Positions 26,929 to 38,353 of a stretch of 64,000 nt of DNA are shown in pieces. Source of the stretch: Macrostomum lignano (Eukaryota); contig NIVC01003678.1 of NCBI GenBank assembly GCA_002269645.1, positions 19,314-83,313 of the forward strand. Direction: 5' to 3'. The notes beneath the pieces were generated by a model that was not told where the DNA came from, did no database searches, and saw only the letters and a list, made by a program, of their open reading frames with translations. The translations under genes and the position numbers were made by a program. Every line of letters starts with the position of its first letter. Position 1 is the stretch's first letter.

Positions 26929-27549
26929 CTGAAAATTTCAAAAGTCGCAAATTAATTACGTTTACGAGCTAAAATGTTAAAGAAAAACAATTTTGCAGTT
27001 TCTAAGCTTCAGGAATTTTCCCGCAAAGAAAATACTTAATTAACCAATTTATGCGAATTCAAACCCAAAAACACCGTAAACAGTAAACGGATTGGGAATT
27101 ATTGCTGTGCCGAGCTGTTAGGCTGATAAGGAACGGAAAAGCATTCTTCTATTCATTTTTTAAAGTGCATTTTAACGGCTTGCGGTGCGGCCGATGTGGG
27201 ATATCTGGGAGAATGGGAGATCGCGAACAGCGGGGGGGGGGCCATTAGCCGTTAGGCCAGGGGGCAGCCGCAGGAAGCCAGAGTGTTGGCTTGTATAGGG
27301 CAGGAGCTGGTAGCACAGATTGCTCGTAGGCGGTTCCTCTTGGCGATGATTTGGCTACAGGAATTAATGCCAGCCCCGTTGCTGCCCCGGGTTACAATAG
27401 AGCATGAACTGCTTGGCAGACTGATTGAAATCTTGGGCGGAGCTGGGCTGCGTGTGCGCAAAGTGCAGCTCGCATGCTTGTATGCTTCATAAATGCAGTG
27501 GTTGGCTGCAGTGGCAGCAGTCTGAAGCAATGAGCGAGAATAGGTGGAC

Positions 27550-28070
<521 letters not shown>

Positions 28071-28629
28071 GTACTGTCTCCTCACAGTCGGGCAGGCAGC
28101 TGCCAGTCCCAGCCGGGGCGTGTCTAATTAACGGGCTCAGCGAGAAGGAATTAAAATTGTTAACACAGGGAACTGCACTCCAAGCCTGCAGCCATAGCAG
28201 CCGAGCTGTGCCAGCAGGCATCAATACGCCATGCGGATATTGATAATCAATGGCAGAGAACACTTGGCCTGACAAAAAACCAATGTCACGAAAGCTCTGT
28301 CCTGCATGCATGTGCTACCGCCTGCTAGATAAACTTTTTTTTCGCCAGTTTCATTCTCTTTGTTCGATCCTGTATCTGATGCAGAGCAGCCCGGCTCGCT
28401 AGCTCACTCTCTGCCTCAATTGATCTTTCATTGTCTGGCGTCAATTCAGTCTTCGTCCAGAGAACGCTGAAAATTAATTTATGCTAAACAATAGAAGTTC
28501 AATTTCAAGCAAACCGTTTTGAGGTGAGGATTGTGTCACACTTTATTGTCAGTCTCTTTCCTTTTTTCTACGTCTTTCTCCCCTTATCGACCCTAAGGAC
28601 TACTCACTTGAGTTGTCCTTGATCGCCCC

Positions 28630-30400
28630 CTGCTCACATCTCCCTCCCTCTCCCACATCTCCCTCTCTCACATCTCCCTCTCTCACATCTCCCTCTCTCA
28701 CATCTCCCTCTCTCACATCTCCCTCTCTCACATCTCCCTCTCTCACATCTCCCTCTCTCACATCTCCCTCTCACATCTCCCTCTCTCACATCTCCCTCTC
28801 TCACATCTCCCTCTCTCACATCTCCCTCCTCTCTCACATCTCCCTCTCTCACATCTCCCTCTCTCACATCTCCCTCTCTCACATCTCCTCTCACATCTCC
28901 CTCTCTCACATCTCCCTCTCTCACATCTCCCTCTCTCACATCTCCCTCTCTCACATCTCCCTCTCTCACATCTCCCTCTCCTATCTCCCTCTCTCACATC
29001 TCCCTCTCTCACATCTCCCTCTCTCACATCTCCCTCTCTCACATCTCCCTCTCTCACATCTCCTCTCACATCTCCCTCTCTCACATCTCCCTCTCTCACA
29101 TCTCCTTCTCTCACATCTCCCTCTCTCACATCTCCCTCTCTCACATCTCCCTCTCTCACATCTCCCTCTCTCACATCTCCCTCTCTCACAACTCCCTCTC
29201 TTACATCTCCCTCTCTCACATCTCCCTCTCTCATATCTCCCTCTCTCACATCTCCCTCTCACATCTCCCTCTCATATCTCCCTCTCTCACATCTCTCTCT
29301 CACATCTCCCTCTCTCACATCACCCTCTCTTTTCTTCTCTTACATCTCCCTCTCTCGCCTTGGTCTCACCCCTCAGCCTCTCATTCTTCCCTTTCATAAC
29401 TCTTCCCTCCATCACTCTCCATCTCTTCTATCTCATTTGTAATCCATTTTTGCGTTCGACTATATTCTTGTTGTTTACGCACCAGCCTCTCGGCTCTTCA
29501 TCATTCAACGCACATGGCTCCCCCAATAATTTCTCCGGATAAAAAAGTCTCCTGCTGCTCATGCTGTCCATGCAGGAAGAGCGCCAGGACAGGCAGACAT
29601 CAGCGGCCGCAGCAGCAGCAGCAGAATGCAGATCAAAAGATATTGACAGCATATGGATAATTTCTCCCTCCCATGGCCAGCCCCTGCAGCTGGGTCTGCT
29701 GCCCCGGAAAACAGTTTTTGATCCCCACCCCAACCCCCGATCATCAAACCGGGCTTCCTCTCAGTTGGGCCCGATTTTTTCCCTCAGATAAAAGCACTTC
29801 CATATATCACACCGCGCCTCTCCCTCCTCTCCCTCTCTCCCTCATCTCCCTCTCTCACATCTCCCTCTCTCACATCTCCCTCTCTCCCTCATCTCCCTCT
29901 CTCACATCTCCCTCTCTCACATCTCCCTCTCTCACATCTCCCTCTCTCACATCTCCCTCTCTCACATCTCCCTCTCTCACATCTCCCTCTCTCACATCTC
30001 CCTCTCTCACATCTCCCTCTCTCACATCTCCCTCTCTCCCTCATCTCCCTCTCTCACATCTCCCTCTTTCACATCTCCCTCTCTCATATCTCCCTCTCTC
30101 ACATCTCCCTCTCTCATATCTCCCTCTCTCACATCTCCCTTCTTTCTCACATCTCCCTCTCTCACATCTCCCTCTCTCACATCTCCCTCTCTCACATCTC
30201 CCTCTCTCATATCTCCCTCTCTCACATCTCCCTCTCTCACATCTCCCTCTCTCACATCTCCCTCTCTCACATCTCCCTCTCTCACATCTCCCTCTCTCAC
30301 ATCTCCCTCTCTCATATCTCCCTCTCTCACATCTCCCTCTCTCACATCTCACTCTCACATATCTCCCTCTCTCACATCTCCCTCTCTCACATCTCCCTCT
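28630..30400. repeat. Two arrays of a 15-bp minisatellite (TCTCACATCTCCCTC), 28630-29330 and 29820-30400, separated by a unique island
   Basis: Tandem arrays. Confidence 0.95.
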
Positions 30401-30599
30401 CGCATACAGTCCCCAGCCCAATTTCATCTGCCTGACTGCCGATGGAGATTCCCGCTGTTCGGCTTTTTTTATTGTCGACATGCAGGTGCGCGAGTTTGGG
30501 ACTCTGGCTCTGGCCTAATCAGCAGCCTGTCTGTCCGACTGCGCCTGCGATCGATAAATATTGTTCTTATACTAGCTGCTGATGGCTGTAATATCCTGT

Positions 30600-30905
30600 C
30601 TGTCTTGGCCTCTACTCAGTCAGTCAGTAATTCAGTCAGTCAGTCAGTCAGGCTGTCTGCCTGCCTGTCTGTCTGTCTGTCTGCCTGCCTGTCTGTCTGT
30701 CTGTCTGTCTGCCTGTCTGTCTTAGTGTCTGTCTGTCTGTCTGTCTGTCTGTCAGGTTTTCTATCTGTCAGGCTGTCTATCTGTCCGGTTTTCTATCTGT
30801 CAGGCTGTCTATCTGTCAGGCTGTCTATGTCTATCTGTCAGGCTGTCTATCTGTCAGGCTGTCTGTCTGTCAAGCTGTCTATCTGTCAGGCTGTCTATCT
30901 GTCAG
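30600..30905. repeat. (TGTC)n and CTGTCTATCTGTCAGG simple repeat
   Basis: Directly visible. Confidence 0.9.
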
Positions 30906-31004
30906 TAAGTCACTTGCTATGCTTATATTGCCCTCTATGATCTTCTGTCTCTCCAAGATCCTTCCTTTCGCAATGAGTCCTTTACCGGGCACTCTAAATT
31001 TACT

Positions 31005-32049
31005 AGCCGAGACAGTGGCAGTACCGGTGCCAGATCAGACGGCCAGCACCTGTGCAAGGGCAATGCTCGAGGAGTGGGTCTGTCACTACGGAGCCCCAGG
31101 GACAATCCACTCGGATCAGGGAGCCAATTTCGAGTCGCAATTGCTCGGCCAGCTGTGCGAAAGTCTGAATATCCGAAAGACGCGTACGACCGCCTATCAC
31201 CCCTCTGGAAACGGCCAAGTGGAAAGCTTCAATAAGACGCTGACTGCAGTGATCCGGGCGCACCTGGTGAAGGAGCCGGATCAGAGGCGGTGGGACGAAT
31301 TCGTTGCCCCGGCGCTCATGGCGTATCGCTCCAGTGTGCACCGCGGCACCGGCCTTTCACCCTTCTTCCTTCTGCATGGTCGCGAGATGTCTCTGCCAGT
31401 TGACTTGGGAGTGGCGCGCCCACTGGACATCGAACCGTACTGCGAGGAAGTCCAGAACCTGCGGGAGACGCTCGTGGAAGCCCATCGGGTGGTGCGTGAG
31501 AGAATAACGTCATATCAACGAGTGCAGAAAGACTGGTACGACCGGAAGGTGAAGGGTCGAGAATTCGTGGCTGGCGACGAGGTGTTCGTCTACAACCCCG
31601 TGTTGAAGGCCGGTGCCAAAGCGAAGCTCCACTCACCCTGGACCGGACCTGCCGTAGTTCTCGAGAAGCTGTCGGAGACGCGCTATAGGATTCGACAGGA
31701 AGGTCGACGGAAGCCGATCAAAGTGGTGCACTTTAACAACCTCCTGCCTCGATACCGGAAGTACCCAGTCGACGGCACCGGTGGCCCTCGGCGTCCTGCA
31801 CCAAGGAGGTACCACCCAGGTCCTGCTCAAGAGACGGAATCCGTCAGGGAGGACTCGCAGGAATCAGACGATGAGGATGAGGAGCGATGGTGGCGACATT
31901 CCGGGCGGGTTCGAGAGGAGGGAGAACCAATGGATGTGCAGCAGCCAGGAGTGCAGCCGCAGCCGGAAGCGCCAGTTGAAGTCATCGAAGGTCGACCCCA
32001 GAGGGATCGAAGGGTTCCGCAGCGTTATGGAACGCCCGTGTATTATTAA
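31005..32049 (+). CDS. Gypsy integrase, C-terminal portion
   Basis: IHSDQGANFES, TTAYHPSGNGQVESFNKTL, AYRSSVHRGTGLSPFFLLHGRE, GPY/F-like PWTGPAVV; first catalytic D lost to truncation. Confidence 0.95.
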
Positions 32050-32069
32050 GAGCGGACGTGAGTGCGTGC

Positions 32070-32440
32070 GCAGTGTCGCGTCATCTCCTGCGTCATAAAT
32101 AATTGGTTCGAAGCATCATTCGCGTCATCTCCTGCGTCATAAATAAGTGGTTCGAAGCATCATTCGCGTCATCTCCTGCGTCATAAATAATTGGTTCGAA
32201 GCATCATCCGCGTCATCACCTGCGTCGTCAACATTTGGTTCGAAGCATCATCCGCGTCATCACCTGTGTCATAAATAATTGGTTCGAAGCATCATCCGCG
32301 TCATCTCCTGCGTCATAAATAAGTGGTTCGAAGCATCATTCGCGTCATCTCCTGCGTCATAAATAATTGGTTCGAAGCATCATCCGCGTCATCACCTGCG
32401 TCGTCAACATTTGGTTCGAAGCATCGTCTGCGTCATCACC
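32070..32440. repeat. ~44-bp tandem repeat inside the Gypsy element (CGCGTCATCTCCTGCGTCATAAATAATTGGTTCGAAGCATCAT-like)
   Basis: About eight units between the pol stop and the extra ORF. Confidence 0.9.
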
Positions 32441-32610
32441 CGCGTTATTGAAAACTGGGCTCGTGTTATTGCCTCTGCTTCACAAACAAAAATATATATT
32501 TCCCCTCTTAAGGCCCGTCAGGGGAGGTCCCACCTGCCCAACCCTGCCATCAGGGATGAAGGATCGGCGCCCCAAAGAGGCTCGAAGGAACCATTGCCCT
32601 GCTCTCAAAA

Positions 32611-33528
32611 GTGAGTCGTGGTTGTTGCAGGCACTGCTTTCCGGGCATAGACCTCTACGCCGAGTTTGGTGTCAGCCCCTTCGCGACGGAGGAGGAGCTG
32701 CGACGTGCGTACCGCCGTGAGAGCCTGCGACGGCACCCCGACAAGTGTGGACCCGGTGGAACGGAGAATTTCCAGAGGCTGCAGCATGCGAGTGCGGTCC
32801 TGCTGTGTCCGTTTCGACGAGCGCTGTACGACCGGTTCGGGCAGGATGCCGTTAGCAACCCGCTCGAGTGCGCCCGGTATTTTGTCCCGCCGGATGGGAT
32901 GTGCGTCCCGGAGGAGTTTGTCGTAACGATTGAAGACGAAACAGAAGAGTCAGACGAGGACAGGGAGTCGGAAGGAAGCGAGCGTGGTGGTTGCGGCGGC
33001 GAGGAGACTGCTCAGAGCTGCTGTGAAATCACGCAGTCAGAGGAAGAAGAGCTCTTGAATGAATCCGACGGCGAAACTTCGATGTCAGAAGACGAACCGG
33101 AGCTCGTCATCGACCAACGGGAGTCGCCAGCGTGGCTGATGAGGAGCGAGCCGAGTACCGAGGTGGAATACACCTGGAGCGGGGAGGCAACGCAGCGAAG
33201 AGCTCGAATCCGGTCGGAGCTTCGGCACGCTTTGTTGTCGGGGAGTCCAGCTGCGATGTTCCGGCTTTTGACTGAAATGGTGGGACTGTGCGGCAGCGAG
33301 CGGCTGGATCATCGACGCGAAATCGCCGAGCTTTTGGCTCAGACTGTCAAGTTCATTCTCCGTGACATCAGCGCCAAGTGTCGGGGTCATGCTCGGCGTG
33401 TCTGGCGGCGGCCTGCCTTCAAGCGAAGCACTCGGTTCGTCATGAGTGTTGCGATCCCTCAGTTTGAACTAATCGTCGGAGGACGCGTGTTGGGGTTGTT
33501 GCGCCGGGCGGCGGAGGTGGCGGTCTAG
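32611..33528 (+). CDS. Retrotransposon-borne DnaJ/J-domain protein (class C-like)
   Basis: DLYAEFGVSPFATEEELRRAYRRESLRRHPDK...FQRLQHASAVLLCPFRRALYDRFG; HPD at 32734-32742; followed by an acidic tract and a predicted helical C-terminus; no in-frame ATG upstream of the domain. Confidence 0.85.
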   Translation: MSRGCCRHCFPGIDLYAEFGVSPFATEEELRRAYRRESLRRHPDKCGPGGTENFQRLQHASAVLLCPFRRALYDRFGQDAVSNPLECARYFVPPDGMCVPEEFVVTIEDETEESDEDRESEGSERGGCGGEETAQSCCEITQSEEEELLNESDGETSMSEDEPELVIDQRESPAWLMRSEPSTEVEYTWSGEATQRRARIRSELRHALLSGSPAAMFRLLTEMVGLCGSERLDHRREIAELLAQTVKFILRDISAKCRGHARRVWRRPAFKRSTRFVMSVAIPQFELIVGGRVLGLLRRAAEVAV

Positions 33529-33649
33529 GGGGTTCTGGGGCAGGATGCCAGGGCGGGCAAGAGACCTTCACTCCTTCATTTCATCCCATCTCTCATCTGA
33601 TCGTCGTTGTGATCCCTCTGTTTGGCACTGGGAGCGGCCCCGAAGGAAG

Positions 33650-34322
33650 GGCGGGGAACACTCTCGGCCATGCCCGGCGTTCTCGGTCGCTGCCCGGTGT
33701 TTTCGGCCGCTGCCAGTCGTTCTCGGCCGCTGCCCGGCATTCTCGGCCGCTGCCCGGCATTCTCGGTCGCTGTCCGGCACTCTCGGCCATGCCCGGCGTT
33801 CTCGGTCGCTGCCCGGTGTTTTCGGCCGCTGCCAGTCGTTCTCGGCCGCTGCCCGGCATTCTCGGCCGCTGCCCGGCATTCTCGGTCGCTGTCCGGCATT
33901 CTCGGCCATGCCCGGCGTTTTCGGCCACAGCCCGGCATTCTCGGCCGCTGCCCGGCATTCTCGGCCGCTGCCCGGCATTCTCGGCCGCTGTCCGGCACTC
34001 TCGGCCATGCCCGGCGTTCTCGGTCGCTGCCCGGCATTCTCGGCCGCTGCCCGGCATTCTCGGCCGCTGTCCGGCACTCTCGGCCATGCCCGGCGTTCTC
34101 GGCCATGCCCGGCGTTCTCGGTCGCTGCCCGGCATTCTCGGCCGCTGTCCGGCATTCTCGGCCATGCCAGGCGTTCTCGGCCGCTGCCCGGCATTCTCGG
34201 TCGCTGTCCGGCATTCTCGGCCATGCCCGGCGTTTTCGGCCACAGTCCGGCATTCTCGGCCGTGCCCGGTGTTCTCGGCCTGTCCGACATCCTCGGCCCC
34301 TGTCCTGCGCTCTCGGCCGCTG
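33650..34322. repeat. GC-rich ~20-bp tandem repeat (GCCCGGCATTCTCGGCCGCT) upstream of the polypurine tract
   Basis: Tandem array; all six frames open, hence the artefactual ORFs. Confidence 0.95.
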
Positions 34323-34423
34323 CCTGACACTCTTGGTCTCTTTCATTCAGTTTCATTTCATTACATTTTTTTTTCATTTTCATTCAGTCAAAGCGCGTCG
34401 TTTTCTTTTTTTAGGGGGGAGGG

Positions 34424-35389
34424 TGTTGTGACCTGTGTCACAGTGCTCCCCTGGTGCAAGTGCACTTTGATAGTTGTTGACTTTGGTAGTTGATTATTGT
34501 TACCCCCCCCCCCGGCTCAAGCCAGTCTGGAGCTATGAGCCCTTTGGCTGAGCCTCTGCTCTCTTTCTCTCTCTCTCTCGCCTTGGCTGTTTAGCCCTTT
34601 GGCTAGCCGTGCTGATTGGCTGGGCCTCTGCTCTCTCTCCCTCTCCCTGGCCGTGCGCGCTTCCACCCTCCCCTCGCCGCAGCCAATCAGCTGTCAATCA
34701 GCTCCATTGTTTAAGCCCTTTCTCCCCCCCCTTGTTTGCGCCCCTGCCCCTTTTTACTCGTTATTTAAGGCGACGCTCAGACCCCGCCCCTTTTCTCACC
34801 GTGCCTGCGCCCCATTTGCGCCCACCGCGATAAATAAACGAACGTGACCAGCGATCAGCCGTAAAGACGGTCTCTTACTGCGAAGACTCAATTTATTGCA
34901 TGCCTGCGGCCTTCCCGTGTATGAGTGCTATAATCGACCCGGCCCGGTAAGCTGTCGAGACAATTGCCTGTGTTCCTCGGGGTCGCTCTCCTGATCTCTC
35001 TCTCTCTCACTCTCTCCTCAGTCTGACTCACCAGGCTGTCGAGTGGCCGACCGCCCGCAGCCCTCTCTCTCTTCCTTGACTCACCAGGCTGTCGAGTGGC
35101 CGCCCGCCCACAGCCCTCTCTCTTTTCCTTGATTCACCAGGCTGTCGAGTGGCCGACCGCCCGCAGCCCTCTCTCTCTTCCTTGACTCACCAGGCTGTCG
35201 AGTGGCCGCCTGCCCACAGCCGCCCCTCCCCTCTCTCTCGACTTCTCAACCTTGACCTCCCCCCGAAGTGTCCGTACGCCTCGGGGTCGCCGATCGAGCT
35301 CGTAAGCCCTGGGCAGTCTAGTACCCGAACCCCGACACCGCTACCCGTCGCCCAACCCGGCCGTGCCAGCGAGGAAGGGGGATACAACA
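34424..35389 (+). repeat. 3' LTR of the Gypsy element
   Basis: Starts TGTTGT directly after the polypurine tract, ends ACAACA; AATAAA at 34833; internal ~55-bp repeats at 35020-35230. Confidence 0.75.
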
Positions 35390-35964
35390 TATGCTCAAGC
35401 TCGAATGGCCTCCTTCACTCGCCTTCCGCTGCAGACGCTGACTCCCATTTCCATCTCCCCTATAATTGCATCACTTGCTTGAACAGCTTTCAACTTAAGG
35501 CTCCACTCGCAGAGTCCAATTCGACTCAGCCAGCAGCCAGAGGCGCATTGGGCAGCGCCTCTCGGTTTAAGCCGGCATTCCCGATCCATCTTAGCGGCTG
35601 CCGGCAGACCGGCCGATCGGCAAGGGCGCTGCTGGATTAGCCATGAGCTGATGCGCCTAGCTCTCTTCCCGGCTCTCTGCATCAATCTTCTCCTATACTT
35701 TATTTTCTTTTTTATAATGAAATTAGAATTAAAATGAACCCCTTTCATGCATTGCTGTGACGCTGTGACAATAGAAGATGAGAAGATATTATATTGAGCA
35801 TCCTTCCTCGATTTCGTGTAGATCGACTTAAGACCCTCAGATAGAACAGGTGGATTTCACTAGATCTCACGAATGGATAAATAGGAAAAATCGGTATTTC
35901 ATGACTCGTTCGTCCTCGGGTTTTAGCATTGGTTCTGTTGTTTTGGCTTGAAGCAAATACTCAC

Positions 35965-36757
35965 CCGATGAGTGCAGCAGAGTCTCCTCTACCCAAGCTC
36001 CCGGCACGACTATCGAACCCTGGACAGGCACCGGACAGCACGCTCGAGCAGTCGGATTGTCGGCGCCAGTTGGAGACGAGTAGAGGCGCCGGTAGCGACA
36101 GGGGCGACGCCTGCTGAGATGGCTGCGAGCTTTGATGATGATACACTGCAGGCTGCAGCTGCTGTGGTGGCGGCGGTGGCGGCGGTGGCGGCGTCTCCGG
36201 AGACGATCTGCGCTCCATGAACAGCCGATCCTCAGCGACCGACTCCCAGTCCAAGGCGTCGCATTTCAGGCAGAGACTCAGTCTTAAAGTTGAATTGTCC
36301 AGCCGCTGGTTGGGACTGTATGGCGTGAGAATGAAGGCTCGCTGCTCGGGCTGGTTGAGGCAACCGATCCCTGCGAGATGGATGTTCACAAAGCCGAGCT
36401 TAGAGAATGATCGGCCGCCTTTCTCTTCCTTTCTAACTGAGACGCGAATTGTTCCGGCTGGTAGGCGGCAGCTGAACTGCAACGGCGGCTCGTAGGGCTC
36501 GCCGGAGTCACCGTTGCCATTGGTTACTGCGCTGCAGTCGGTGCCGGACCACGTGACCCGATTGTCGCGAATCTCGCGCCGGCTTGAGTACCGGCAGAAC
36601 TGGCCACCGCTCAGTAGGCGAACCTTTGCAAACAGTACCCATTGCTAAGGGTGACACCTTCCATGCCATTTAGAGTTAGCTCGACGTCACATTTATACTG
36701 CTGGCGCTTAGCACTAGTTCGGGATTCATTTGAAGCGTGACGCACGCAACTGAACAT
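35965..36757 (-). CDS. EEIG1: Exon 1 of the EEIG1/FAM102-like NT-C2 domain protein, with an apparent 1-bp deletion near 36639
   Basis: KRQQYKCDVELTL..SNG/VLFAKVRLLSGG..SSRREIRDNRVTW..IRVSVRKEEKGGRSFSKLGF..RLDNSTLRLSL matches the FAM102 NT-C2 pattern; GTGAGT donor at 35964 (phase 2). Confidence 0.85.
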
Positions 36758-37375
36758 ATCCTAAGTTATTTAGACTGGCTAATCAAACTATGTGGAGCCA
36801 TTTCCTCTGCTGTCTAGCTGTCTTGTGGCTTGAAGAATCAAAGATTCCATAATTTAGCTTGAGATTGTTTAGATGAATCTCTGAATCCTAGCTTTCGTTG
36901 GATAGATTTAGAAAATTAAAAAACGCGAAATGAATTTATTTATATCCAATCATGTTTATGGATTTAGAAACGTTTCTTCCAGACAATTGTTAGAAAGGAA
37001 ATCTAAATCTAAGACTATTTTAAAGACGGTACAATGTTTTTTCGTTTAGGCCTGCTTCGGTAACAACGAGTGCGGTACGAATCTTGCTTTTAGTACTGTA
37101 CAGCTGTATCTCGGGCTCGAAATTTAAAAGTCCGCCTTTATAGCTACTGATTTGTTTTAACAAATAATCAAAACAAAGAGTAGCATAATTTAAAAGTATT
37201 TCTAGTGCGTTTGGTTTAAATATTTTTATACAGTTTTTAAATTTGATACATACCAGGAACATACCTTTAAATAATAAACAAGATTTCTTGAAAAAGAGTT
37301 TGATTTTCATTGAGTCTGAAAAATCACTAAATTGTTTCATTCAATAGCCGAATATGATCGAGCAATACAATAAAT
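36758..37375. promoter_or_regulatory. Probable bidirectional promoter / 5' UTR region
   Basis: Divergent start codons about 620 bp apart. Confidence 0.5.
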
Positions 37376-37543
37376 ATGCCACTTCGAGAGCCAACACCTG
37401 AGCAGGAGGCGAGGATTTTTAAGCTTTTTAAGAAGCTAGACGTAACAAATGATGGAAAAATCAGTACCAGCGATTTGAAAATAGCTCTACAACAGCTAAA
37501 AATTCCAACTTTTCCTGGACAAAAGGATGAACAATTTGCTGAG
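37376..37543 (+). CDS. SCaMC: SCaMC (SLC25A23/24/25 family) exon 1, EF-hand 1
   Basis: FKKLDVTNDGKISTSDL; GTAACC donor in phase 0. Confidence 0.85.
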
Positions 37544-38353
37544 GTAACCAAGCTTAAATGTTTATCTTGATAATCTTGAAACATTAGTAGTTACTGTAAA
37601 AGCTGCTTATTGACTTTTCTGGCTAGCAGTTGTGGCATTTATGACTAAAGACAAAGTTGTAAAACTGTTTTATGTATTAGGCCTTAGGAAGTTAGGGTTA
37701 GGATCTTCTCTGGTCTGGTATAGCATAGGGGCATTTAACTCATAATAGGTCACCTAAAATATATAATCTATATATGCCTTGCATGAAATATGCTTTTAGA
37801 CACATTTTTTTCAGGGTATAATTGAATGAATTCGTGTCAATTAGATAATAGTTTTTAATAAATTAAATTTAATAAATAAATTAAAAATAATTAATATTCT
37901 AAATAACACTTTAGGCCTACCATAATTAATGATAAAATTTTAGTCAATATTTTTTGATAATTTTTAATGAGCTTAAAACATTAAGTTTTAAATTAGAAAA
38001 AGGCTAAAAATTAACAAAATTAATCTATTATTTTAAATTTTAACTAAATCTCATAAATGCAATTTTTACTAGATTTTTAGCACTATTGCATATTATTAGT
38101 GCTCTATACTATATATATACACTTGTATGTCAATAAACAAATTGTGTAAGACTTGGCAACACAAATTTTTATTTTAGCTTCATGCATTATGCATATGTTA
38201 AAATATTTTCCCACTCATGCGTATCACTTTCCTGAGTGTGGACAGATAGAAAGGTAATAGACAAAATAAATGTTTAATATCTATTTTTATCTTAGACCTA
38301 TTTTATATGTTTATCAGTATTCTTATCTTTATATTTGACATGCCTATCAAGGG

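Larger units (their letters stand above)
31005..35389 (+). mobile_element. 5'-truncated Ty3/Gypsy LTR retrotransposon with an extra ORF
   Basis: Integrase remnant, extra ORF, polypurine tract AGGGGGGAGGG at 34413-34423, LTR TGTTGT...ACAACA. Confidence 0.85.

Noticed and set aside
32070-32440. Heat-shock elements upstream of the J ORF
   Set aside because: TTCGAA lacks the nGAAnnTTCn spacing required.
32850-33100. Polyomavirus T-antigen-like LxCxE Rb-binding motif after the J-domain
   Set aside because: Only near-misses occur (LECAR, QSCCE); there is no canonical LxCxE.
33545-34493. Six overlapping 245-294 aa ORFs in the Gypsy 3' region
   Set aside because: They arise from a GC-rich tandem repeat that lacks stop codons in all frames.
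35395-35748. Minus-strand ORF as EEIG1 exon 2
   Set aside because: It is phase-compatible but gives an early stop and a sequence with no family resemblance, and it would exclude the FAM102-like terminal motif at 16303-16464. It is not fully excluded.
34436-35770. Alternative LTR boundaries TGTCACAG...CTGTGACA
   Set aside because: They are not adjacent to the polypurine tract; TGTTGT...ACAACA abuts it directly. Recovering a second LTR would settle the boundaries.
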